Source: a virus. Taken from it: a DNA stretch of 64,000 nucleotides. The stretch is from IMG/VR virus record IMGVR_UViG_3300022602_004075, positions 4,750-68,749 of that record, one strand, 5' to 3'. The notes below the pieces were generated by a model. That model made no database searches. It was given only the letters and a program-made list of their open reading frames with translations, and was not told the DNA's origin. Positions 1 to 9,073 of the stretch are shown in pieces. How positions within the stretch are numbered: the stretch's first letter is position 1; each line of letters begins with the position of its first letter. The position numbers and the translations under genes are program-made.

Positions 1-198
1 GCCATAGAAAATATCAACAAGCAAGTACAGCTTCCGTCCAATTATAAAAAATTGGCCAAACTGTTGGATTTTGAAATCAAAATGAATGTGTTGAATTTGT
101 ATAGATCTTTTGACTACAGCAGTTTTATAAATTCAGATGATCCCGACAGTTTCTTAAAATTAAGCAACTACTCTAAAAACAAGTTTATATCAGAATAA
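1..198 (+). CDS. 3' end of an unknown protein, truncated by the window edge
   Basis: Frame 1 is open from base 1 (AIENINKQVQLP...NKFISE) to TAA at 196-198, 1 nt before the next ATG. Confidence 0.6.
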   Translation, partial: AIENINKQVQLPSNYKKLAKLLDFEIKMNVLNLYRSFDYSSFINSDDPDSFLKLSNYSKNKFISE

Positions 199-199
199 C

Positions 200-1159
200 A
201 TGAAAATATTAGTAACCGGCGGCGCAGGATTTATTGGACACGGTATTGTGGCCAAGCTGGAACGTCAAGGACATGATGTTTGTGTGCTGGATAATTTTAC
301 CAACTACAACGGTATTGTTCCTGAACGAGAAATGTCAAAATTACATCAAGAACGTCTTGAACTGATCACAACAAAAAAGATACATCGTGTGGACATTAGA
401 AATCACGCTGAATTGACAGAAGTGTTTGCTGAATGTCGCCCTGATGTGGTTATACATTGTGCAGCCTATCCTCGAGCCAAAGCAGTGGATCAAGATCCTA
501 TCGAAGGGTCGGCTGTGTTGATTGCCGGGTTAATTAATCTGTTGCGACTCAGTGAGTATTATGCAGTACGTAGATTTGTCTACGTGAGCTCCAGCATGAT
601 CTACGGTGATTTCCATCCCATTGGCTACGAAGATATGCGATGCAATCCCACTGGCATTTATGGAATACTCAAATTGACCGGAGAGCAATTGACTCGAGAT
701 CATTGTGAGCGTACCGGCATAGATCATGTGATACTACGTCCGTCGGCAGTATATGGACCGCGTGATGTGCGAGATCGTGTGGTAACTAAATTTTTACTGG
801 CGGCCATGCGAGGCCAAGAACTGGTGGTGAACGGTGCCAACGAAGTGCTGGACTTTACCTATGTGGACGATTGTGTGCGCGGTATTGTTCGTGCTGCCAA
901 CAGTTTCAACAGCAGTGGACGTACTTACAATATCACAAGAGGATCTGGGCGTACCTTGTTGGAAGCCGCAGAATTGGCTATCAAAATTGTTGGGTCAGGT
1001 ACCATACGCATAGCCGAATCCAATCCGTTGTTTCCCAGCCGAGGCACATTGAGTACCATACGTGCCGGTATGGATTTTGGCTATCGAGGTCGTGTGGACA
1101 TAGAACAAGGTTTTCAATTATATTATGAGTGGCTCAAAGATTCCGTTCTTTGGCGTTAA
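200..1159 (+). CDS. NAD-dependent NDP-sugar epimerase/dehydratase (extended SDR)
   Basis: N-terminal TGGAGFIG Rossmann motif, SSS and YxxxK (YGILK) catalytic motifs, VYGP and DFTYVDD. Confidence 0.92.
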   Translation: MKILVTGGAGFIGHGIVAKLERQGHDVCVLDNFTNYNGIVPEREMSKLHQERLELITTKKIHRVDIRNHAELTEVFAECRPDVVIHCAAYPRAKAVDQDPIEGSAVLIAGLINLLRLSEYYAVRRFVYVSSSMIYGDFHPIGYEDMRCNPTGIYGILKLTGEQLTRDHCERTGIDHVILRPSAVYGPRDVRDRVVTKFLLAAMRGQELVVNGANEVLDFTYVDDCVRGIVRAANSFNSSGRTYNITRGSGRTLLEAAELAIKIVGSGTIRIAESNPLFPSRGTLSTIRAGMDFGYRGRVDIEQGFQLYYEWLKDSVLWR

Positions 1160-2231
1160 TCGCCAATACAAAACCCTGCGTGAAGAAATCATTGACGCCA
1201 TGGATGAAGTGTATCAGACTGGGCAAGTTTTAGACGGCCCGTGTACTCGTGCATTTGAAGAAGCTGTGGCTCGACGTTGCGGACGGCAGTGGGCTGTGGC
1301 AGTGGGCAGTTGTACACAGGGTTTGGTATTTGCACAGCAGGCCTGTATTCCGGCCGAAAGTCGAGTGCTGATTCCCACCTTGAGTTTTGCTGCCACAATC
1401 AATAGTGTATTGTATGCTGGACATACTCCGGTGTTTTGCGATACCGATCATCGTGCCCTGTTAGATTTGGAAAGCATGGATACTGCGCTTGACGGTGCCG
1501 GGGTAGATTGCATCATGTATGCCAACCTGTTTGGCCATACCATAGATTGGGATCGCTTTAGATTACAAACTGAGTTTTTCAACGACGACATGTTGGTAAT
1601 TGAAGATGCTGCACAAAGTTTTGGTGCCGCATACAAGGGTATACCATCAGGTAGCCTGGGTCACATCAGTGTGTTGAGTTTTGATCCTACCAAGAACTTG
1701 AACAACTACGGATCTGGTGGCATGGTCCTAACCGACAGCTATAGTGTGTATGAAGATCTGTTGGATCTTCGCGACAACGGTAAAAAGATGGGACACCAAG
1801 CGCATGGAACCAACAGCAAAATGTCGGAAGCTGATTGTGCTGCCATGTTGGTCAAACTAGATCACTTCGATTCCTGGCAAGCACGTAGAACCGACATTGC
1901 CGACTACTATACCGAACAGTTGGATGGATATGTTGATATAGCAGGACCCGGACCTGATGTTGAATCGGCTTGGTCAAAGTTTGTTATACGTTTAACAGAA
2001 CGCCATGGCCTGAAAGATTACTTACGATCAGAAGGCATCGAAACTCGACTCAACTACGACAAACCGTTGTTTGAACTCAGTGTGGGCTACAATTATATTG
2101 ATTATGCTCGTGAATTATTTAGAGAAAGTACAGCATTCAGCAGAGAGTGTTTGAGCTTGCCAATCTATCCTGAAATGACCGACAACGAAGTTGAAATCGT
2201 TGCCGAATCCATAATCAATTACCTGCGTTAA
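1125..2231 (+). CDS. DegT/DnrJ/EryC1/StrS PLP-dependent sugar aminotransferase
   Basis: IEDAAQSFGA, SFDPTKNL (PLP lysine) and C-terminal LSLPIYPEM; overlaps the epimerase gene. Confidence 0.92.
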   Translation: MSGSKIPFFGVNRQYKTLREEIIDAMDEVYQTGQVLDGPCTRAFEEAVARRCGRQWAVAVGSCTQGLVFAQQACIPAESRVLIPTLSFAATINSVLYAGHTPVFCDTDHRALLDLESMDTALDGAGVDCIMYANLFGHTIDWDRFRLQTEFFNDDMLVIEDAAQSFGAAYKGIPSGSLGHISVLSFDPTKNLNNYGSGGMVLTDSYSVYEDLLDLRDNGKKMGHQAHGTNSKMSEADCAAMLVKLDHFDSWQARRTDIADYYTEQLDGYVDIAGPGPDVESAWSKFVIRLTERHGLKDYLRSEGIETRLNYDKPLFELSVGYNYIDYARELFRESTAFSRECLSLPIYPEMTDNEVEIVAESIINYLR

Positions 2232-4047
2232 AACGTTCCTGTAACCAGGCCCATTCAAAGCTCAACATGAGCTGGTTGTAATCCCCGCCCACTTCGGTAT
2301 AATAATCCACAGCATCACGAGCACCTTTCAAACACCAGTCAGCATGGTCACCTTTGGCAACTGTTAACCATGTGTTGAGCCTGTGCTCAGTTTCTAAAGT
2401 GGGTTCGGTAGCCATAAAATGCTTTAGCTTGACCACTTCGCGGAATGCAGTACGCCAGGTCATCCACGGATTTTGATTGAAGTGTGCTGTACCCGACAAC
2501 ATCGGAACTGATTCGTGCGGTTGACTCAGAGTAAAGTCAATGCCAGGCGTGTTGTTTTCCAATACCAATCGCTTGTTGTAAGCAATCATGCCTTGGTGTC
2601 CGTATTCTAATCCGTTTACTGGATTGCGGCTGTTGAAGATATAGTGCTTGGGCTCCTGATAATAGTCCGGAACCCAGGCCCAATCAAATTGATTGCCTAA
2701 TACTTCCAATTTAGCAAACACAGCCAGAAACCATGGTGTTGCACTTTGACGTGCGGCTTCCTGATAAGCGGCCGTTCTTCCATTTACCCCACGTACCCAT
2801 TTGGCTGTAGTGTTGCTCATATAGCACAAATGATCGTACCATTTCTCTTCGTCGGGTTCGCCGTTGCTGATGTATATGATGTCCAGTCCTGGAAATACTT
2901 TCTCTCCGTAGTACTCGTTAACACGGTAAACCGAGTCCTCAAGGTAGGGATAATCGTAGATTTGTGTCTTCAAATCAGCCTTGATATCTCTGGGTACTAT
3001 GCAGGTAGCTCCGGACTCACTACAACGCAAAACAACACGGTCTTTTTGTGTCCACAAGCAAGGCGTATCATTTAAGGTTATATCTTTTTGGTTGGTAAAG
3101 AACACGTATGGAGTTTTGAACTCATGCTGTTTGATTTCCTCTACCAGGTTGTCTGATTCGTAGTAGTGTTTGGGCATGCTGAATCGTTCTACCGATTGAT
3201 CATCGGTGTAGTTGATCACATTGAACCAATCCAGCAATTCTAAATCTACCATTTGTTGTGTAAAACTGGGCACGTGTATGTAGAATGTATCTCCACGTCG
3301 CTGAGTACCCGACGGAAAGCAATGTATCATTTCGCGCTGTGCATCTGATGGATGCCAAGTAAAATCAAATTGTGTATAGTCGCATACACTACTGATAATC
3401 CATACATATTCGGTAGTGGCCAAATTCATGATACGTTTGAATACTGTAAGGTGATTGTCTACGTAGCGTGTGAGTTTGATGTCAGGATGATGTTCCTTCA
3501 GCACATCAAACTGGTGACGTGCTATTGGGCCATTCATAAAGTCCATGTAGAATATTTGTGTAGCACCAGCTCGTATGCGTTGATCGGTCATGTACTTTTT
3601 GCCCGCAGTACCTGGATATACCGGTCCACCTTCTCTTTGCCACTGTGTAGGAAAATGATATTCGTATGGCTCTTCGGTGGTGTCCGGGTGCCAGCTGTAG
3701 TCAAACTCTGAGTCGTCGATGTTGTCAGGTACCAACCATATGCTACGGTCAGGTCGACGTTGCACTGATTGTTCTGTGCGGAAATTGTATTCTCTATTGG
3801 CCACAGTGAGTCTGTTGGCAAAGAATACTCCGCCGGTACGTTGCCACTGGCTGGGCCAGGTGTGTAGTTGATGTTGTTCCCATGGCGCTGGACGCCAATC
3901 AAAATCAAATCCAGTGTAGTCGTTGCCCCCATAAATATACCAGTAGTAGCCAGTGCAGCACAACTCAGCCGCATGTTCTAAACTATCAGCCGGGCGTTCA
4001 AATTCAAAGAGATTGGGTTTTGGTCCCCAGTAAAAAACATCAAACAT
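2215..4047 (-). CDS. Multi-domain glycosyltransferase-like protein with internal repeats
   Basis: The C-terminal ~220 aa align by eye with 23143..24039 (VNGLxYG, WRxxFRExVK). An FDxxWxP motif occurs four times. Confidence 0.6.
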   Translation of the reverse strand: MFDVFYWGPKPNLFEFERPADSLEHAAELCCTGYYWYIYGGNDYTGFDFDWRPAPWEQHQLHTWPSQWQRTGGVFFANRLTVANREYNFRTEQSVQRRPDRSIWLVPDNIDDSEFDYSWHPDTTEEPYEYHFPTQWQREGGPVYPGTAGKKYMTDQRIRAGATQIFYMDFMNGPIARHQFDVLKEHHPDIKLTRYVDNHLTVFKRIMNLATTEYVWIISSVCDYTQFDFTWHPSDAQREMIHCFPSGTQRRGDTFYIHVPSFTQQMVDLELLDWFNVINYTDDQSVERFSMPKHYYESDNLVEEIKQHEFKTPYVFFTNQKDITLNDTPCLWTQKDRVVLRCSESGATCIVPRDIKADLKTQIYDYPYLEDSVYRVNEYYGEKVFPGLDIIYISNGEPDEEKWYDHLCYMSNTTAKWVRGVNGRTAAYQEAARQSATPWFLAVFAKLEVLGNQFDWAWVPDYYQEPKHYIFNSRNPVNGLEYGHQGMIAYNKRLVLENNTPGIDFTLSQPHESVPMLSGTAHFNQNPWMTWRTAFREVVKLKHFMATEPTLETEHRLNTWLTVAKGDHADWCLKGARDAVDYYTEVGGDYNQLMLSFEWAWLQERFNAGN

Positions 4048-5227
4048 GTATAATATCGACAGTCATTATTCAAATATATTTCGTTATCTTGAAACTATTA
4101 TAACAGATCCCAGGGTCATATATCTACATCCTTTTGGGTCAACTCAGCCAGAAAACGTAGAAATCCTTCGGGATGATTACTATGCGGATCGTCCCAGACG
4201 CGGTCCATTGTTCATATTTTACGATCAAGAGCCATTGAACTTTGTTTATAATCTTCCGTTGTTCGAGCACATCAAGAACAAATTTGTGGGTCCGTTCATA
4301 TTAGTTAGCACCGAACGCGACAGCGATGAAAAAATAAAGATCTGTGACCACTTTGGTTTTGCCCATCTGGATTATTTTTTCCATATATTTGCTGCAGCCG
4401 ATTGGTATCGCGGACACGAATTTTTACCCGACTATGTGAAACCGTTCAATCGTGCGCTGAAAAAATCTTTTATAACATTCAACAGACTGACCAGTAATGA
4501 ACGAGTATATCGCAGTTTGTTTGTAAATGAACTTTACAAAAACGATCTACTGGACCATGGCTATGTCAGTTTCAGCAAGGATTGTCCCGATGGCGGAAAC
4601 TACGCTGAAAATCTAAGATTGAGTATTGCCAACCAACGTGTTGATCCTGCTGTTATTGAAGAAACTATACAAAATCTTGATTTGTTGCCTGAACTGCGTA
4701 TTGACTTTGATCAGGATCAGCACATACCCAATCAGAGCATGCTGTTGACTCCAATGACACAGTTGATGGAAAGTTTTGTATTTGTGGTCACCGAGACCTG
4801 CTACTGGCAAAACAAAACCCACCTGACCGAAAAGATATTCAAACCCATTGTTCTTCGTATGCCTTTTATCTTGGTAGGATGTCCACACAACTTGGAATAT
4901 CTGCGCAGTTACGGATTTCGTACTTTTGGTAATTTCTGGGATGAAAGCTATGACGAAATCGAAGATCCCATTGAGCGACTTCGGGCTGTGGTCAAAATTC
5001 TCAAACAATTGAGCGACATGACTGCCGAAGAACAGCACAACATGTTGGCGGCCATGCACCCAATATTAGAACACAATTATCAACTGTTCAACACGCCGGC
5101 ATTTGTAAATGGCGAGTGGCAAAATCTCAAAAACAGTTTAAAAAATATCACACAGTTTTATCAATTCAATCCGCCCTACACCATTGATGCCAAAACAGGA
5201 CAGGCTATTCCACTCGATTCCAAATAG
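4046..5227 (+). CDS. Putative glycosyltransferase (GT-B; TEK motif reminiscent of GT10)
   Basis: 393-aa ORF with VVTET...LTEKIFKPI...PFILVG...LRSYGFRTF, resembling the donor-binding TEK segment of GT10-type enzymes. The family call is tentative. Confidence 0.5.
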   Translation: MYNIDSHYSNIFRYLETIITDPRVIYLHPFGSTQPENVEILRDDYYADRPRRGPLFIFYDQEPLNFVYNLPLFEHIKNKFVGPFILVSTERDSDEKIKICDHFGFAHLDYFFHIFAAADWYRGHEFLPDYVKPFNRALKKSFITFNRLTSNERVYRSLFVNELYKNDLLDHGYVSFSKDCPDGGNYAENLRLSIANQRVDPAVIEETIQNLDLLPELRIDFDQDQHIPNQSMLLTPMTQLMESFVFVVTETCYWQNKTHLTEKIFKPIVLRMPFILVGCPHNLEYLRSYGFRTFGNFWDESYDEIEDPIERLRAVVKILKQLSDMTAEEQHNMLAAMHPILEHNYQLFNTPAFVNGEWQNLKNSLKNITQFYQFNPPYTIDAKTGQAIPLDSK

Positions 5228-5384
5228 TTTCGTGCAGATAGTACAGTACGGTATTTGCCACAACCTGTGTCACAGCAATGGTACTTGATACTGCTACCTG
5301 TCCGGTGATCAAGTAACTGATCAAAAATGTACTGGTTGACCCAACCACTCGCCAGGTCACAGTTTTCAACAAAGTCCTACTCAA
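5205..5384 (-). CDS. Small membrane protein, DUF2061-like (not in ORF track)
   Basis: Hand translation from TTG at 5384 gives MSRTLLKTVTWRVVGSTSTFLISYLITGQVAVSSTIAVTQVVANTVLYYLHETIWNRVE* (59 aa). It has the KTxTWR and YYLHExxW motifs and overlaps the upstream stop. Confidence 0.8.
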   Translation of the reverse strand: MSRTLLKTVTWRVVGSTSTFLISYLITGQVAVSSTIAVTQVVANTVLYYLHETIWNRVE

Positions 5385-6213
5385 GTCCCAAGGTCTTTCT
5401 AATCTTGGTAGCAGAGATATCAGTTACTGCTTCATCAAATGTTTCTTCGCCAGCGGTATAACCCACGCCACGACCCCAGCCAATGTGTACAATGTTGGGT
5501 ACCACTTGTACTTCGTACTGCCCTTGATACAAGGGATCCAAGTCTCTGCGTATAAAACTTTTGACCTGTTCTATAGCAAACGGATTTGATCCTTGCCAAC
5601 CCTGCACATCACGCACTTGAATAACTACTTGTCCTGTACGTTGAATTAGGCGTTCAAATAAAGCTCTGTGCCCATCATGCCATGGTTGCCAACGTCCCAA
5701 CATCTGTACTGTTTCTTTCTTCCAATCAAAAGTGGGTCTGCGACGATTGTCAACAATATGGCTACCGATAAACTCAGCCCACTTGTCTGCTGATTGTTCT
5801 GTTACACGAAAATCATAGTGTTCAGGTTCAACAAATGCTTTGTTAGTATCAGCATAACGTCCTTCACGGATAGTGTCTACCCATATGGTCCAATCGGCTT
5901 TGAAATTGTTACGCTGTTCAACCAACGGTGCAACAAAGTCACAGATCACATAGTCTCCACCGGACTCCATACTGAATTGGAACATGCGTAGGCTTTGACG
6001 TATACGGCCTTCATTTGAAAAATCCCAATCGTTGTACTTGCGACGCACATCATCGGCATTGAACCACGTGACTTTTACTGCGTTGTCCATCGGTTCCATC
6101 AATGCACGTGCATAGGTAATCTCGCCGTGCAATTCCAAGTATTTCTTTAATGCCTCGGCCAAGGTTGTTTTTCCTGCGCCAGGCAATCCCATGATTAAAA
6201 TACGCTGTGACAT
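5377..6213 (-). CDS. cysC: Adenylylsulfate-kinase-like domain fused to an HxGH nucleotidyltransferase domain
   Basis: P-loop GLPGAGKTT and NADDVR...DFSNEGR as in CysC. The C-terminus has GRWQPWHDGH and ISATKIR of the cytidylyltransferase-like superfamily. Confidence 0.72.
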   Translation of the reverse strand: MSQRILIMGLPGAGKTTLAEALKKYLELHGEITYARALMEPMDNAVKVTWFNADDVRRKYNDWDFSNEGRIRQSLRMFQFSMESGGDYVICDFVAPLVEQRNNFKADWTIWVDTIREGRYADTNKAFVEPEHYDFRVTEQSADKWAEFIGSHIVDNRRRPTFDWKKETVQMLGRWQPWHDGHRALFERLIQRTGQVVIQVRDVQGWQGSNPFAIEQVKSFIRRDLDPLYQGQYEVQVVPNIVHIGWGRGVGYTAGEETFDEAVTDISATKIRKTLGLE

Positions 6214-6872
6214 TATATTGCTCCTTTAAAATTGAATTTGGTCAAATCAAATTGATACTTTCCATCTGCTTGCTCAACTATATTGTAAATCTGTTCTGCT
6301 AATATTTGGTTGTTGTCTTCGGTAAAATGATTCACACGATTGTAATCGGCTTGTAAGATCCAAATATCTTTGGTTCCTGCTTCAAGCAAACTCAGACTGG
6401 TCAAGTCAGGTACCATGTGCTTTCCCGTCAATTGATCACAAAAATTCAAACTTTGATCAAATCCGTGCAAATGAATTGTGACCGGCCTGGTCCACTGTTG
6501 ATTTATTTCTGCAAACCAAGCCTGTTGTGCCCAGGTTAAAAATTCATCATTGTGTATATACTTGTAGTACAGTCCCACGGCATTATCTATCTCTTTGTCA
6601 GGATTCAATTTGCTAAAGTTGACCTGAGCCAACTTGGGATCCAGATTGGGAATACGATTTACAAAAGTGTGTACAAACACAATTACTTGTGTTGCGTTCC
6701 ATTGCTCTTGGTTGATTGTTTTTAAAAAATTTCTGGTAGCCCACCAGTGTTGTCCGCTGGCACCATTACAGATCAAATTCAAATTCAATCGTTGTGCCAG
6801 CATTGCAGGCCACCCTCCAGAGTATGTGCCCGACGAACAAAAGCTATCGCCCACTATCACTATGTTGGACAT
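6213..6872 (-). CDS. SGNH/GDSL-like hydrolase or acyltransferase
   Basis: N-terminal VGDSF and a C-terminal His (NHF). Confidence 0.55.
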   Translation of the reverse strand: MSNIVIVGDSFCSSGTYSGGWPAMLAQRLNLNLICNGASGQHWWATRNFLKTINQEQWNATQVIVFVHTFVNRIPNLDPKLAQVNFSKLNPDKEIDNAVGLYYKYIHNDEFLTWAQQAWFAEINQQWTRPVTIHLHGFDQSLNFCDQLTGKHMVPDLTSLSLLEAGTKDIWILQADYNRVNHFTEDNNQILAEQIYNIVEQADGKYQFDLTKFNFKGAI

Positions 6873-8356
6873 CAGCTACAAACTCGTACATTGTACATCT
6901 GTTCAAATCTATCAGCGTCAGAGCGATCGTTGACCATGGGTTCGCCACGTATGTTGAGACTGGTATTCAACAACATAGGGCAATCAGTTACCACATACCA
7001 CTTTTCTAATAATTCTCTGATTCCAGAACCGTCAGCTGGTACTGTCTGTATACGACTTGTGCCGTCATGATGAACGATAGCAGGAAATAGGTCAGGACGC
7101 CGGCAACGACCGACGATCTGCATATACCTACTGTCAACCCAGCCGCGAGGCATATCAAAATAGTCATTGACATGCTCCTCCAAAATGACCGGCGCAAATG
7201 GCCTAAATCGTTGTCTACGTTTGATTTCATTTACTCGATCCTTTATATCTGGTCCACGCGGGTCGGCGAGGAGACTTCTGTTTCCAAGGGCTCGGGGCCC
7301 AAATTCTGCTCTTCCGGAGGCCACCCCCACGATCTTATCACGGAGTAAGCAATCAAGGACGGCATTGACAGGGTACGCACCGCCAATATCTGTACCAAGG
7401 TAGGCATTCTGGAAGTTGATTGGGCCGCCGTAGACCAAGGCCGCAGATCCAAGACTACTACCAGCATCGCCAGGATTAGGCATAATCCAAATTTTTTCAA
7501 AATAATCACCGAGGTTTCTATTAGCAAGACAATTTAGGGCAACACCGCCCATGTAACACAAATTTGTGCTCCAGCCAAAATCTTTGGCTCGACGCATAAC
7601 ATTATATATCAAATTTTCACATAAACTCTGTGCAGAACTGGCAATATCTTGTACATCGTAATGTACGTTCCAGTTCCAGCTAAGTCCGGCGTGTAAGTTT
7701 TCCTTAAAACGTATATCCCACTCATCTTCAATTAACTGCATCTTCATTAAGGCGCCGGCCTGCTTGCTACCGTAGGCAGCCATACCCATAGTGATATATT
7801 CATCTTCCATGGGCTTTAGGCCAATTTCTTGGGTCATTGCTGTATAGAACAATCCTATTGAGTGTGGATACTTTTGGCTCCATAGTCGATGATACTCGGC
7901 TCGCCCATCGACGTAGTGAGCACCCCAGATACTGATAGTGTCCCATTCTCCAATGGCATCAATTACTACTACAGTAGCTCGCTTAAATGAGCTGGTCTGG
8001 AATCCGGCTGCTGCATGACTAAGGTGATGACTGTGTGTGCTTATTGGTACTCCACTAAAATAACCACGCAACTGTTGTTTGAGTACTTGCCGAGTGGTCA
8101 GCTTGTTCCACTCAATACCTTGCCCCGAATACAGTTGACGCAGTTGTTTTTTCCACGGAGTTTCATAGTATGCGATATGATCAATGTGTCTGCCATCGGT
8201 CAATTCCCAAAACATTGCTTCATGCAGGTTGGCATCATTTTTGATTTTGCTGTAACGCTCGGCATGGCCAGCATAGACTATTTCGCCATGCTGATCAATC
8301 ACTGTGGCAGCGGCGTCATGAAACCCGGCGCTAATTCCTAATATATTTTTTGACAT
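6872..8356 (-). CDS. O-carbamoyltransferase (NodU/CmcH/TobZ family)
   Basis: HDAAA, HHLSHAA, DAIGE, GGVALNC, GDAG, EFGPRALGNRSLLADPR, FRPFAP and LLNTSLN. Confidence 0.95.
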   Translation of the reverse strand: MSKNILGISAGFHDAAATVIDQHGEIVYAGHAERYSKIKNDANLHEAMFWELTDGRHIDHIAYYETPWKKQLRQLYSGQGIEWNKLTTRQVLKQQLRGYFSGVPISTHSHHLSHAAAGFQTSSFKRATVVVIDAIGEWDTISIWGAHYVDGRAEYHRLWSQKYPHSIGLFYTAMTQEIGLKPMEDEYITMGMAAYGSKQAGALMKMQLIEDEWDIRFKENLHAGLSWNWNVHYDVQDIASSAQSLCENLIYNVMRRAKDFGWSTNLCYMGGVALNCLANRNLGDYFEKIWIMPNPGDAGSSLGSAALVYGGPINFQNAYLGTDIGGAYPVNAVLDCLLRDKIVGVASGRAEFGPRALGNRSLLADPRGPDIKDRVNEIKRRQRFRPFAPVILEEHVNDYFDMPRGWVDSRYMQIVGRCRRPDLFPAIVHHDGTSRIQTVPADGSGIRELLEKWYVVTDCPMLLNTSLNIRGEPMVNDRSDADRFEQMYNVRVCS

Positions 8357-8975
8357 GTTCTGTTATTAACTGGTGTCCAAGTTCAAGTGGATGTCCGGCT
8401 GGTCCTTTGGGGCAATCGCCCATGTATTCTGTTAATCCACCATGTGGCCATCCAATGTAAAATTCTGGATCCACTGCTTGGGCCATGTGGCGGAATCGAT
8501 CTTTGATATTTTTAAATCCTTGCATACTGACAAACAAATAAGATTGACCTTGTTGTTTAAAATGGTTTTGCAATGTGACTACCTGTGCCAACCAAGTTTG
8601 CATGGCATGATCGTCATTGTAATGATTTTTATAATATTGATCAACCGCAGGTACTTGTTTATGCAACCAATGACTGTTGGCTGTTACAGGAAAGTCACGT
8701 TGGTTGAGTTGCCAATCTATTCTGGAAATTTCGGTCCACTGACATATGATCAAATCATATGAGTTTTTCAGTGATTTGTCCAAGGCCAATCTAAAAATTC
8801 TGCTGTTGCTTCCGCCTGGAATACTTAGATTGGTCAGCTCATACCCCAAGTCACTGGCCAACTTGGACGCCCAACTCAGCTGACTTGGTGCAGACGTGGC
8901 ACTACCTTCGTGTATTGGACAATCAGGTAATTCTAATCCGTGGGTAAAGCTGTCACCAATGGCCAGTAGTTTCAT
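8331..8975 (-). CDS. SGNH/GDSL-like protein
   Basis: IGDSFTHG, NLSIPGGSN and C-terminal GHPLELGH. Confidence 0.65.
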   Translation of the reverse strand: MKLLAIGDSFTHGLELPDCPIHEGSATSAPSQLSWASKLASDLGYELTNLSIPGGSNSRIFRLALDKSLKNSYDLIICQWTEISRIDWQLNQRDFPVTANSHWLHKQVPAVDQYYKNHYNDDHAMQTWLAQVVTLQNHFKQQGQSYLFVSMQGFKNIKDRFRHMAQAVDPEFYIGWPHGGLTEYMGDCPKGPAGHPLELGHQLITEHVKKYIRN

Positions 8976-9073
8976 TTATAAATAAACGGATCTCTTTTGC
9001 GTAGTTCTTTTAATTTTTTACGATAACGATATTCGAGTACAATTCTATTGTACAGATTTTTTAACCAATTCAT
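8972..9073 (-). CDS. 33-aa basic peptide (not in ORF track)
   Basis: MNWLKNLYNRIVLEYRYRKKLKELRKRDPFIYK*. Its TGA overlaps the next ATG (ATGA), and it spans the gap between two operon genes. Confidence 0.72.
   Translation of the reverse strand: MNWLKNLYNRIVLEYRYRKKLKELRKRDPFIYK

Noticed and set aside
3930-3937. CATAAATA as a late promoter for 4046..5227
   Set aside because: It lies inside a coding region ~110 nt from the start and differs from the other six motifs at the first base, so chance occurrence is plausible.
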